DNA from: Dehalococcoidia bacterium
GTDB lineage: Bacteria > Chloroflexota > Dehalococcoidia > Lucifugimonadales > VXLM01
Direction of reading: 5' to 3'
DNA: 64,000 bases
NCBI GenBank assembly: GCA_034423035.1
Contig: DAOUJF010000004.1
Coordinates: 969 to 64,968 of the forward strand
Below, piece by piece: positions 37,516-48,100 of the stretch. The notes under the pieces were generated by a model. The model did not search any database. It was not told the DNA's origin and saw only the letters and a program-made list of their open reading frames with translations. Numbering within the stretch: position 1 is the first letter of the stretch; each line of letters starts with the position of its first letter. The translations under genes and the position numbers were made by a program.

Positions 37516-38337
37516 ATGGTAGAATCGACCAATATTCTTCACGGACATTTCAACTTGGCTAATAGAGGTCCAAGATCGGCAGCCGTAAGTGAGAGGTACT
37601 TTGCCGGTCCAGCACGGGTCCGGCGGCTGCTGGACGAACTCCACCAAGACGATGCCGGCTTCCATTCGCTGTATCTTAAAGCGGGTTCGCCGCTTTCTAG
37701 GGTCACTCATCCTCGAAAGCTGTCGGCAGACGGGATGCCGCTGCCTGACTGGGTTGTAGACGCCATTAGCGCCGTCTCAGACTCGGAGACAGGAGTTGCG
37801 TTGTACTGGAACAGCGAAAAGGTGTGGGGCGTACTTCCGCCCTTCCCAATCGAGGAGGATCTTTTGTCCCGCGGTCTAGACGGCTCGGGAATTCTCGATA
37901 TCTTTGAGCGCAGTATTGTCGTCGGCGTTATTCTCCTTAGAATGGGTCGATACGCAATTGGCGTTGTACGTGACAATGAGCTTCTGGTCTCGAAGACGGA
38001 CACGCGGCTCGTGAAGAACCGTCACCGGGCAGGCGGCTCATCGCAGCGGCGATTCATGCGGAGCCGTGACCGGCTAATCCGGGAGTTGTATGACGAGGCG
38101 TGTGAAGTGACCCGGCGGATATTCGAGCCTCGTCTGAGCTCGATAGACTACGTGCTAACCGGCGGAGAGCGCCAGACGATCAACGGCTTTCTGAAACGAT
38201 GCGGCTTCCTCGAAAAGTCGGGGCTGGAAGTGATGAGTCGACTGCTGTCGGTCGACCGGCCAAATCACAAGGCCCTTGAAGGCATCCACCGAGAGGTCTG
38301 GAAGAGTCGCGTCATCGTCTTCGAAAGGGACGAATGA
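37516..38337 (+). CDS. acVLRF1-type (Vms1/ANKZF1-like, eRF1-fold) predicted peptidyl-tRNA hydrolase
   Basis: Start at MVESTNIL… (37516). The tracked ORF from 37183 is antisense to rpiB. Contains the …KNRHRAGGSSQRRFMRSRDRL… GG-x-Q loop region typical of VLRF1 domains. Confidence 0.6.
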   Translation: MVESTNILHGHFNLANRGPRSAAVSERYFAGPARVRRLLDELHQDDAGFHSLYLKAGSPLSRVTHPRKLSADGMPLPDWVVDAISAVSDSETGVALYWNSEKVWGVLPPFPIEEDLLSRGLDGSGILDIFERSIVVGVILLRMGRYAIGVVRDNELLVSKTDTRLVKNRHRAGGSSQRRFMRSRDRLIRELYDEACEVTRRIFEPRLSSIDYVLTGGERQTINGFLKRCGFLEKSGLEVMSRLLSVDRPNHKALEGIHREVWKSRVIVFERDE

Positions 38338-38340
38338 AAG

Positions 38341-39108
38341 CTACTGAGCCGTATAGCCCCCGTCGACCGGCAGGTATGAACCGGTCATGAAGGACGCTTC
38401 GTCGGAAGCTACGAAGAGGGCGGCATAGGCGACATCCACCGGCTTGCCAAGGCGGCCCATTGGGTGTCGCTCTTCCAGGAAAGCTCGCATTTCGGCATCC
38501 ACGGTAAGGGACCTGGTCAGGGGAGTCTCCGTGAACCCTGGACCGATGCAGTTTACGCGAATGTTCTTCGCCGCCATATCGATGGCAAGGTTGCGGGTGA
38601 ACTGGAGGACGGCGCCCTTGGAAACGGGATAGGGATTGAACCCGCTCTTCCACTCAGGCGGATACCCCACAACGCTCATTATGGAACCGAGATTCACAAT
38701 CGACCCGCCTCCGGCCTTCTCCATCTCGGGTACGGAATGCAGGGCCATGAGGTAGGTGCCTTTGAGGTTTACCTCTATGACCTTGTCCCAAACATCCTCT
38801 TGCGGAGTTGTTGATGGGAGGCTGCGCGCGGTGATACCGGCGCTGTTGACTAGAATATGGAGAGCACCGTACTCCTCGACCGCCTTATTGACGATGCGCT
38901 GGGCTTCGTGGCTGTCGGTAACGTCGCCCGACACGGAAAGCGCGTTCCCTCCCCGTTCGGCGATGGTGACCGCCGTCCTTTCAGAACCACCGGCATCGAT
39001 ATCAGAAGTGACGACGCGAGCCCCGTGTTCAGCGAACAGCAAGGCCGTAGCCTCTCCTATGCCGGAGGCAGCTCCCGTGACTATCGCGACTTTGCCCTTG
39101 AGTCTCAT
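38341..39108 (-). CDS. SDR-family oxidoreductase (FabG-like)
   Basis: 255 aa. TGAASGIGEA cofactor motif, NSAG, and S…Y-x3-K (…YPVSKGAV…). Confidence 0.88.
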   Translation of the reverse strand: MRLKGKVAIVTGAASGIGEATALLFAEHGARVVTSDIDAGGSERTAVTIAERGGNALSVSGDVTDSHEAQRIVNKAVEEYGALHILVNSAGITARSLPSTTPQEDVWDKVIEVNLKGTYLMALHSVPEMEKAGGGSIVNLGSIMSVVGYPPEWKSGFNPYPVSKGAVLQFTRNLAIDMAAKNIRVNCIGPGFTETPLTRSLTVDAEMRAFLEERHPMGRLGKPVDVAYAALFVASDEASFMTGSYLPVDGGYTAQ

Positions 39109-39120
39109 TTCTGCCTCGAC

Positions 39121-40056
39121 CTAGTTGAGTTGGACACCAACCTCGCGAGCTACGCTGCGAATGTATTGCTGTCCCTGGACAGTCAATGGATACGGGAAAT
39201 GCTCCGCGTGGATGGTTACGTCGTGATTAAGGGCGTCCATTCGCTGCAAGATCGCGTGGTAGTCCATAGTGCCCTCTCCGGGGACGGCCTCGCCCACGTG
39301 ACTCACTATCTTGCCACCACCGCTGACATCCACGTCTTTGGCGTGAAGACCAACGATATCGGGGCCAAGTTCGTCGAATATCTCATCGACCAACTCCGTG
39401 GTCCGAAAGGCCATGTGGGGATGTACGAGGTTAACCGGGTCCATGAGAATCTTCAGGCGCGGCGACGCTACGGTATCGAGCATCTGCTTGAGGCGATCCA
39501 CCGAGTAGAGGCATGACATCACGTGTGGGTGTGCGCCGATATCCACTCCCGCGTCCTCCGCGAGGTCGGCCAGTTCTCGTATGCCGTCAAGAACCTGGCT
39601 CCATGTTTCTTCGTCCCACATCTTCGGAGTACCGCGTCCGACAAGAGCGCCGAAACCCACGAGATGAGCGCCCAGGATCTTTGCGTGACGGAGTTGACGC
39701 TCGTACAGGTCCAGTGTGTACCTGTGGTCATCCCGGTCGTAGCCGCCGAGACCACCCCAGGGGCGAGTGCCCTTGTAAAAACCTGTGAATTCCCCGACGT
39801 TCAGGTCGTTGTCGTCGAGAAACGCCTTGAGTTCGCGAACGTCGTCATCGTCGTAGTCGGGCTTGACCCTCTGGACGGTGATGGTGGTTACATCCATCGT
39901 GGCCGCACGCTTAAGTAATTCGGTCCGATCGGCCTCGCCTTCGGGACCGACGGTGAGAAACTCGCCGAGAGGGGGACTCATGATTATCACGGCCATTCTC
40001 CTAGACGCTGGAAGTTGCGGTGATTGTACCGAATTATCGAGTAAGCGTCCGCTCAC
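39121..40056 (-). CDS. Sugar phosphate isomerase/epimerase (xylose isomerase-like TIM barrel)
   Basis: 311 aa with the family-typical …HAKDV…GEGTMDY… segment. The start may be the internal Met at 39996. Confidence 0.7.
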   Translation of the reverse strand: MSGRLLDNSVQSPQLPASRRMAVIIMSPPLGEFLTVGPEGEADRTELLKRAATMDVTTITVQRVKPDYDDDDVRELKAFLDDNDLNVGEFTGFYKGTRPWGGLGGYDRDDHRYTLDLYERQLRHAKILGAHLVGFGALVGRGTPKMWDEETWSQVLDGIRELADLAEDAGVDIGAHPHVMSCLYSVDRLKQMLDTVASPRLKILMDPVNLVHPHMAFRTTELVDEIFDELGPDIVGLHAKDVDVSGGGKIVSHVGEAVPGEGTMDYHAILQRMDALNHDVTIHAEHFPYPLTVQGQQYIRSVAREVGVQLN

Positions 40057-40065
40057 GAAGGCGAA

Positions 40066-41358
40066 CTATATTATTGTTGCCTTCACAGTTTGTCCATGCA
40101 CTTCATCAATGCGTGCCAATGTGATGACGTTTGTCAATTCCTGATCAGAGTTTGCGCCCACTCTGATGTAATTGTCGGTTAGTCCGACCCAGTTTCCCGC
40201 CTTTTGCGTCTCCCAAAGGACGGGGCGAACGGTTCCGATGAATCGGGACCGGTAGGCCATCTCCTGTATCTTCGACAGTTCCAACAAGCGCCCTACCCTC
40301 TCCGACTTGGATTGAGCGGGTACGTCGTCGTCGAAATGCGCGGCGCTGGTGCCGGGTCGAGAGGAATAAGGGAACACGTGCATGGAAGCGAACCCGACCT
40401 CTTCGCACAAGCGGATAGTATCACTAAAATCGGCCTCGGTCTCGCCGGGGAATCCAACAATGACATCGGTCGTGATAGCTGCGTCAGGGAGCAACTTTCG
40501 AATACGTTTTACGGCTTGGCGATACTGAGCACTGCTGTAGCGACGCCTCATACGTTTGAGCACTGTGTCGCTTCCGCTCTGTAGAGGAAAATGGAAGTGG
40601 GGTGCGAGCCGGTCGTCCGTCCAAAGCGCAAGCAGGGGGCTGTCGATCTCGTGTGCCTGCAGGGAGGAGACTCGGAGCCGAGACATGCCACCCTGTTTTA
40701 GTACCTGGTGGATGAGTCCGGTGAGATCGATTCCGTCTAGATCGAAGCCATAGGACCCCAACTGCGTACCAGTGAGTACGACTTCCCTGTAGCCACGATC
40801 TACGTATTCGTTGATTTTAGCGACGATTTCATCCGGGGGGATGCTGCGCTCGCGTCCTCGTACCTTCGGGACAATGCAGTAGGCGCATACTTGGTTGCAG
40901 CCCTCCTGGATCTTCACCATTGCTCGCGTGCGAGCCGCACGGGGATTGATGGCCTGAAGGTCGTCGCCTGTGGCGCAAGGAACGATTTCGTCCCCACCCC
41001 AGTCGACGACGTGCCGAACGAGCGAAGCCTTTTCAGTATTCCCTAAGACGAGATCAACCTCATCGAGCTTCCGAAGAGTCTCAGGCGAGCGCTGGGCGTA
41101 GCAGCCCGTCGCCACGATTGTCGCACTAGGATTGCGCCGCCGCGCTGAACGGAGCGCACGCCTAGCCTTTGAGTCGGCCACGTGCGTCACTGTGCAACTG
41201 TTCAGCACGTACACATCGACGGGCTCATCCTGACCGACAACCTCGAATCCGGCCTCGGCGAACTCTGTCACAAGGCCACCGGTATCGGCCTGGTTCAGCT
41301 TGCATCCATGCGTTTCTATGGCCACTCTCGGCCTTGGTTCCAGTGTGAGGTCGACCAT
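40066..41358 (-). CDS. mtaB: Radical-SAM tRNA methylthiotransferase (MtaB-like)
   Basis: Start at MVDLTLEPRPRVAIETHGCKLNQAD… (41358). Radical SAM motif GCNQVCAYCIVP and a C-terminal TRAM-like region. The tracked ORF extends to 41577. Confidence 0.8.
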   Translation of the reverse strand: MVDLTLEPRPRVAIETHGCKLNQADTGGLVTEFAEAGFEVVGQDEPVDVYVLNSCTVTHVADSKARRALRSARRRNPSATIVATGCYAQRSPETLRKLDEVDLVLGNTEKASLVRHVVDWGGDEIVPCATGDDLQAINPRAARTRAMVKIQEGCNQVCAYCIVPKVRGRERSIPPDEIVAKINEYVDRGYREVVLTGTQLGSYGFDLDGIDLTGLIHQVLKQGGMSRLRVSSLQAHEIDSPLLALWTDDRLAPHFHFPLQSGSDTVLKRMRRRYSSAQYRQAVKRIRKLLPDAAITTDVIVGFPGETEADFSDTIRLCEEVGFASMHVFPYSSRPGTSAAHFDDDVPAQSKSERVGRLLELSKIQEMAYRSRFIGTVRPVLWETQKAGNWVGLTDNYIRVGANSDQELTNVITLARIDEVHGQTVKATII

Positions 41359-41491
41359 GAATTCTCCATTTCCGATTCTACCACGTTCATTCGGAAATCC
41401 ATGGATCACCCAGTCGTTTGATAGTTCAGACTGCCGGGGTGTACGATGATATTTAATCGGTCTCGGTCGTACCTTTCCTGAGGATAAACAG

Positions 41492-41740
41492 ATGGGCCAA
41501 GAAGGCATAACCGTGTATGGGACGAACTGGTGCGGCGATTGCAGGCGAGCGAAACTGTTCATGGATACCCGCGGCATCGGCTACGACTGGCTTGATATCG
41601 AGAACGACACTGATGCGGCCAAGAGGGTCATGGAGATCAATGGCGGGTACCGAAGCGTTCCGACCATTGTATTCGAGGACGGCTCCATTCTCGTCGAGCC
41701 AAGCAATGCTGAACTCGCCCAAAAGTTTGCCGGTCGCTAA
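41492..41740 (+). CDS. Glutaredoxin/mycoredoxin-like small redoxin
   Basis: 82 aa. …VYGTNWCGDCRRAK…SVPTIVFEDGS…. Confidence 0.8.
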   Translation: MGQEGITVYGTNWCGDCRRAKLFMDTRGIGYDWLDIENDTDAAKRVMEINGGYRSVPTIVFEDGSILVEPSNAELAQKFAGR

Positions 41741-41752
41741 GCTCATCGACGA

Positions 41753-43381
41753 ATGACATCAGCGGACCGCACAGTAGGCGATGCCTTTGCCGAGACCCTG
41801 AAGGGCGGCGGAGTGCCTTGTGTCTTCGGCATCCCCGGCGGGGGAAGCGCGATAGACCTGATAGAGGCCTGTCGAGCGGTCGACATTCCCTTCATCCTCG
41901 TTCAACACGAGACCACCGCGGCTATGTCGGCTATCGTCGCAGGCGAACTGACCGGCTCGTGCGGCGTCTGCATCTCCATCATGGGCCCTGGAGCGGCCAA
42001 CCTGGCAGGTGGCGCGAGTTTCGGGCTCTGGGAGCGCCACGCGGTCCTGAGCCTCACGGAGGCCTACCCTACCGCTCAGGCTCCACAAATGTCTCTCCAA
42101 CTCATGGACCATTCGCAGATGTTCATGTGTTTTTCAAAGGCCTCCGAAGTGCTGAGCGTGGACCACCCGGGGAACCAGACCGAGCGGTTGATGAATCTCG
42201 CACTGGCGGAACGTCCGGGCCCCGTGCACCTAGACATACCGAATGACCTGCTCACACGGCCAACGGGGCCGGAAGTGGCTTCCGACGGAGGCTCTTCCGG
42301 CGGCGGCGACAAGATAGTGGGCGATATCGACGCCGTCGCGGACACGATAAACAGTGCCGTGAAGCCTGTACTCGTCGTGGGTCCCGCTGTCGTCAGATCA
42401 GACGCATGTGACGAACTTAGGAAGCTCGCCGAGCGCGTAGGCGCAGCGGTAGTCACGACGTCGAAAGCTCGCGGTGTGATTCCTGAGACTCATCCACATT
42501 CAGCGGGAATCATGACGGGCGCGTATGGCGAGACGACTTTCGAGGGACGAATAGTCGGACAAAGCGATCTCATCGTGGCCGTGGGTCTGGACCGCATGGA
42601 GCTTCTCTCTCCCTGGGACTATGGCCAGCCGATGGTCTGTATCGACGCCATTGACTCGACCGATGAACAGGTGGGAACTCCGGGCCACGTGGTGTATGGG
42701 CCGCTCAAGAGCATTTTGGGTCAACTTACGGAGGCCGTGCAGCCGTCCGAAGCATGGAGCATAAGGGAATTGAGCGAGTTCCAGGACCACGTGCGGTCTT
42801 CACTCCTGGCAAACTCCAGCGAACTGAACTCGGCCACGCTTCTGGAACGCGCTCAGGGCCTGGCTCCGGCCGATACGATTCTCGTGACCGAGACGGGTAT
42901 CTACAACGCGGTGAATCTGTTCACCTGGAAGGTGGCTAGCCCGGGTCTGTACTTCGGTTCAAGTGGGGCGAATACGATGGGGTTCTCCATCCCTGCAGCG
43001 TTGGCGTCAGCGCTGGTTCGACCTGAACAAAGGACGATTGCCCTCGTCGGTGACGGCGGCTTCCTGATGAAGACGTCGGAATTGGAGACCCTATCGCGCG
43101 AAAAGCTGTCTCCCATAATCATCGTCTTCAACGACCGTTCGCTCGGACTCATCCGCATCAAGCAGGCGGCGAAGGGCTATAGTCGAGATGCTGTGGATCT
43201 CGCACCAGTAGATTTCGTCCGGCTGGCTCATAGTTTTGGCGGACGGGGCGAGCGAGTCAGCTCGTTGGCAGCGTTCGAATCGGCATTCAAGGCGGCACTC
43301 GACAGCGACCGATTTACCGTAATCGACGCCCGACTCGACCCGGACGTGTATGCGTCGCACATGCTACCGATTCGGGGTTAG
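41753..43381 (+). CDS. Thiamine-pyrophosphate-dependent enzyme (acetolactate synthase-like family)
   Basis: 542 aa with Pyr and PP domains (…GDGGFLM…). Confidence 0.82.
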   Translation: MTSADRTVGDAFAETLKGGGVPCVFGIPGGGSAIDLIEACRAVDIPFILVQHETTAAMSAIVAGELTGSCGVCISIMGPGAANLAGGASFGLWERHAVLSLTEAYPTAQAPQMSLQLMDHSQMFMCFSKASEVLSVDHPGNQTERLMNLALAERPGPVHLDIPNDLLTRPTGPEVASDGGSSGGGDKIVGDIDAVADTINSAVKPVLVVGPAVVRSDACDELRKLAERVGAAVVTTSKARGVIPETHPHSAGIMTGAYGETTFEGRIVGQSDLIVAVGLDRMELLSPWDYGQPMVCIDAIDSTDEQVGTPGHVVYGPLKSILGQLTEAVQPSEAWSIRELSEFQDHVRSSLLANSSELNSATLLERAQGLAPADTILVTETGIYNAVNLFTWKVASPGLYFGSSGANTMGFSIPAALASALVRPEQRTIALVGDGGFLMKTSELETLSREKLSPIIIVFNDRSLGLIRIKQAAKGYSRDAVDLAPVDFVRLAHSFGGRGERVSSLAAFESAFKAALDSDRFTVIDARLDPDVYASHMLPIRG

Positions 43382-43431
43382 CCAGCCGCCCCACAACCAA
43401 GGTCATTCCCTGCTCCACGGAGGCCAACCCT

Positions 43432-44238
43432 ATGCCCTACGCGACTGTCTCAACGGGAGTGAGGCTCTACTATGAGTGCATCGGCTCCGGTCCACCGTTG
43501 CTGCTCATCATGGGAACGGGGCTTGACCACTCCGTATGGGATGCGCAGGTCGAGGCCTATCGTGGGGAGTTCGAGTGCATCGTCTTCGACAACGCAAGTA
43601 CGGGAAGGTCGAGCCGACCTGATCACCGCCTGACGGTCAAGTCGATGGCCGCGGATACGATCGGTCTTTTGGAAGCGCTCGATATCCAACGCGCGCACGT
43701 TTCCGGCGTATCACTTGGGTCGTGCATCGCACAGGAGGTGACGCTGGCACGTCCGGACCTGGTAGCGTCGCTCCAACTTCATGGAACGTGGGCGCGCACG
43801 GAAGGCTATGTAGGAAGAAAATTCCGCGCTCAGATTCGCCTCATCGAGATGCTGGACATGCGCGACTTCTACGAGATCAATGTTCTGTGGTTCATCACAC
43901 CGGAGTTCTTCGACAGGCATCCGGATAAGGTGAGAGCCCAGATCGACGCAATCGTTGCCAACGCTCCGAGCCGTGAGTCGTTAATTGAACAGTATCAAGC
44001 GGATGTCGAGCACCGCACGCTGGAAAGGTTGCCACGGATAAATGCGCCTACCCTCGTTACCGTGGGAGACTGGGACGTGGCCGTACCGCCGATGTACGGT
44101 AGAGAGGTCGCCGAAGCTATCCCAGGGGCCGAGTTCGTCGTTGTAAGCGAGGGAGGACATCTCTATAACATGGAGAATCCCGTCGAGTTCAACAGGGTGA
44201 CCCTGGAATTTCTACGTCGCGCCGATAGCCCCGCTTAG
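43432..44238 (+). CDS. Alpha/beta-fold hydrolase
   Basis: 268 aa with the nucleophile elbow GVSLGS and C-terminal …GGHLYNMENP…. Confidence 0.85.
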   Translation: MPYATVSTGVRLYYECIGSGPPLLLIMGTGLDHSVWDAQVEAYRGEFECIVFDNASTGRSSRPDHRLTVKSMAADTIGLLEALDIQRAHVSGVSLGSCIAQEVTLARPDLVASLQLHGTWARTEGYVGRKFRAQIRLIEMLDMRDFYEINVLWFITPEFFDRHPDKVRAQIDAIVANAPSRESLIEQYQADVEHRTLERLPRINAPTLVTVGDWDVAVPPMYGREVAEAIPGAEFVVVSEGGHLYNMENPVEFNRVTLEFLRRADSPA

Positions 44239-44366
44239 TTGTGATAGTACCTCAAAAGACTAGCCAACTCAGTACGTAGTTTCATATTCAACGCAGATAC
44301 AGGTGTCATCTGATACGATGTATACGTTAGAGGAAACTGAACTCTAAAGGAGTCGAGAGTACCCAC

Positions 44367-45065
44367 ATGAAACTCGAGAGAAACCTCATTCCAATTGTGG
44401 CAATTGCGGCCATCATTCTATTGGCGGTTCCCGCAGTGGGAATGGTTATAGGAATGGCCATGGCTTCCGAACCGGAGGACGGTTCTTCGGCCGCGACAAG
44501 TGAGCCACCCCTGGAACTCCCGCCACTGCCGGACAAGGAATACCAGCTGGTCGATTCAAACCCACAGCAGACGAACAACGTATCCCGTGGCGACGTGTAC
44601 GGCGGTTCCAGCGTTCAGGGGACGGTCTATAGCTATAAGGACGGCGACCGGACTATAGGAGTCACCCTGCAAGAGGGTATAGTCTTACAGAAAAACTCGG
44701 CTATTTCGTCTAATGACACCGTAATCATCAAGGGCGCCTCTCAGAGCATCATAAGCAAAGGGAATGATGGAGGACAGGGTGGACTTCCGGTATTCCGTTC
44801 CGAGACCGGAGGCGGACTCATGACGCTGCCCGGAGGTGTCCTGCTTGCGTTGGACCCGGAATGGGATGAGGTACAAGTTGACAGCTTCTTCTCCAATAAC
44901 GGCATCTCGCCGGAGCAGGTTTCCGAGCTTGGATTCATACCTAACGGATTCCTCTTAAATACGGATCCGGGTTTTCCATCACTTGAACTGGCCAATGAAC
45001 TGGCGGAGCAGGAAGGCGTCGATATCTCCAGTCCCAACTGGTGGACTGAGGTTGAGGCGAAGTGA
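44367..45065 (+). CDS. Membrane-anchored hypothetical protein; the C-terminal ~70 aa resemble a subtilase propeptide (I9-like)
   Basis: 232 aa with an N-terminal TM helix. The C-terminal …DSFFSNNGISPEQVSELGFIPNGFLLNTDPGFPSLELANELAEQEGVDISSPNWW has a pattern like S8 pro-domains. Located directly upstream of the S8 protease gene. Confidence 0.5.
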   Translation: MKLERNLIPIVAIAAIILLAVPAVGMVIGMAMASEPEDGSSAATSEPPLELPPLPDKEYQLVDSNPQQTNNVSRGDVYGGSSVQGTVYSYKDGDRTIGVTLQEGIVLQKNSAISSNDTVIIKGASQSIISKGNDGGQGGLPVFRSETGGGLMTLPGGVLLALDPEWDEVQVDSFFSNNGISPEQVSELGFIPNGFLLNTDPGFPSLELANELAEQEGVDISSPNWWTEVEAK

Positions 45066-45106
45066 GGATCGAATCATCGACGACCGGCCTATAAGCTCGC
45101 TTACTA

Positions 45107-48100
45107 ATGTCCCGGAGAATATTACTCATGTCCTTCATTTCGAATAAAGCCGTTTCCCCAATCTCTCTAATGTTGGGGACACTCATTCTCGCGATCGCCA
45201 TTGCCTCATTCCTAGCCCTGAATGCGGGAGGGGCCGGGGCCCAGACTATCGAAGACGACCACGGGAACACTTTTGGCACCTCTACGTTGGTTGAGTTGGG
45301 TTCGTCGGTAGACGGGCGCATCGATCCCGGTGACGATCGCGACGTCTTCAAGATTGACCTGTCTGATGCCACGGGACAAACCGATCTTTGGGTTTACACA
45401 CTTGGTGATCTCGATACCTTTGGCGGCTTGTACGATGACGCCGGGAATCTAGTTGAACTCAACGACGACAGCTTCTTTGTGGACAACATCCGTGGGTTCA
45501 GCATACGGAGCGTTGTACAACCAGGAGTTTACTATGTAATTGCCGTCAGTTTCGATGGCGAACCGGGAGACTATACATTTCACGCACAGGCCATCGAAGC
45601 TCCGGGGGATTCTATCGAGACCGCGAAGTCTCTAAGCCTCGACTCACGGGACGGAGGCACGATTGATACGCTCGACGATGTCGACTTTTACAAACTGGAG
45701 TTTACAGAACCTAAGCACGTGACCATCGATGTCGTGACCGCCGATATTTCGCTCATCGACGCGTCCTTGCTTGATGCCGACGGCAACGAGATCTCTGCCA
45801 ATCAAACGCTAATTCGGGTTAGGGGCTTTGGATCATTTTTCCCGATCGGTTTCACAATTGATGAGGACTTCGAACCCGGGACTTACTACCTTAAAGTGGT
45901 CAATCCGCTCGCGCCGGACCCCGATGAGGCCGAGCCCGAAGAGTCCGAGGGCGAGGAGACCGAGGGCGAGGAGACTCTATTTCCGTCCAGACCGGCACCA
46001 TACGCAATCTTCTATTTTGAAGACACTGAATACTCGGAATTCCTAGAAGACTGCGATTCACAGACTGACGCTCTAAACGACCCGGAAATCGGCGACCCAC
46101 TCAATGCGTGCCAGTGGCACCTCCACCATCCCGAGTGGCAGGACATCAATATCGGTTCCGTCTGGGCGGATGGCATTAAGGGAGACGGTGTCAACGTCGC
46201 CATTGTCGATGACGGGATGTACCAAGACCACGAGGACCTAAAGGACAATGTGGACACCAGTCTCAACCTAAACTTCGAAACCGACGAGAACGACATTTAT
46301 GGTCGCTTCGACCACCACGGCACGCACGTTGCCGGGATGGTAGCCGCCAGGGACAACGATATTGGGGTGCGCGGCGTGGCGCCAAGGGCCACGCTTCATG
46401 GGTATAATCTCTTAAGTGGGTTCAACACCACAGGCTTCAATATCGTTACAGCAATGACCAAGAGTGCAGACGTCACTGCTGTGTCCAACAACAGCTGGGG
46501 TTGGAGTGACAGCCCGGGATTCAGTCGACCCTTTTCGTTCTGGAGACAGGCTATAAGAAGCGGTACCACGTTAGGATACGACGGCAAGGGTGTTCTCTAT
46601 GTTTGGGCCGCAGGCAACGGACATCTGGTTGGGGACGACTCCAATCTTGACGAATTAACCAACGACTATGGCGTTACCGCCGCCTGTTCCGTGAATAACC
46701 AGGGCACCAGGTCCGGTTACTCGGAAATGGGCGCGAATCTATGGGTCTGCGCGCCTTCAAACGACCGTCCGCTGAGCCTGGGTGGAGTCGCTGGCATCTT
46801 GACGACTGAGAATTCCGATCGCTATTACCAGGACTTCGGCGGGACCTCTGCGGCTTCACCGATTGTCGCAGGAGTTGCGGCATTGACCCGCGACGCCAAC
46901 CCTGACCTGACGTGGCGGGACGTCAAGGTGATACTCGCGGCATCTGCCCAGAAGAACGATCCCTCCAGCCAGGGATGGGATGCCGGAGCACCTATGCATC
47001 CGGTCTCTTCGGCGGAGAGCTACTCATTTAACCACGAGTACGGGTTCGGTGTGGTCAACGCCGAGGGCGCTGTCAATCTGGCCAAGCGTTGGACAAACCT
47101 GCCAGCCGCACAAGAGGCTACGGTGGTATCGGAAGAACTCGAATCGGAGATTCCCGACGCACCTGCGGTTGGTGAGCCAACGACAGTCACCCATGTGCTT
47201 GCAGTGGACTCGGACATTGAGTTCACCGAGTTCGTCGAGGTCACGGTGGCCTTCGAGCACGATTCCTTCCGGGACTTAGAGGTCCTTCTAGAGTCACCTT
47301 CGGGAGCCATCTCCAGGCTGGCCGTTCCCTTTGATACTTTCAATGGGCTGAACGCCTTCTTTGGACTAGCATTTGTGCCTCTGCACGGTTCATGGCAGTT
47401 CGGATCGGCGAAGCACCTGGGCGAGGACCCCAACGGGGAATGGAAGCTGCACATAACAGATCGCCTTCATGTTGTGGACGGTACCTTCACGGGGTTCGCG
47501 ATCACCGTCTATGGTCACGAGCGGGCGGCCGGCGCCGCCACCTTGGACAGCGTAGCTGTGCATCCCGGTGGTGAGAGGCTGGATGTCGCCTGGTCGGCGC
47601 CCGGCGCAGCCGGGGAATCCGAAATCACCGGCTACGACATCCGATACATTGCGACTGAGGACGACGAGACTGACTCATCGGCCTGGACCGTGCTGGAAGG
47701 TGTGTGGTCCGCCGAAGCCGGTGGGAACTTGACCTACACGGTCTCCGGTCTGACGGACGGCACTCAATACGACGTTCAAGTCCGAGCGGTGAATAGTGTC
47801 GGCGGCGGATTGTGGTCAGAGGTCGGTACCGGAACGCCCATGTCGAGTTCGTGTGCCGCCGATGGAGCCGTGAGCGACAGGACAAATGGCGGTCTGATCA
47901 ATGATTGTGAAGCACTGCTGGAAGCTCGCGACACGCTGGCAGGGAGCGCCACGTTGAACTGGTCGCCGGATACCGATATCTCGACGTGGGATGGTATCTA
48001 CCTCACCGGAGATCCTTCGCGCGTGACGATCGTAACCCTGCTGAACAGTCAGTTGGACGGTTCGATTCCTGCTGCGCTGGGCGGACTTGAAGAGTTGGAA

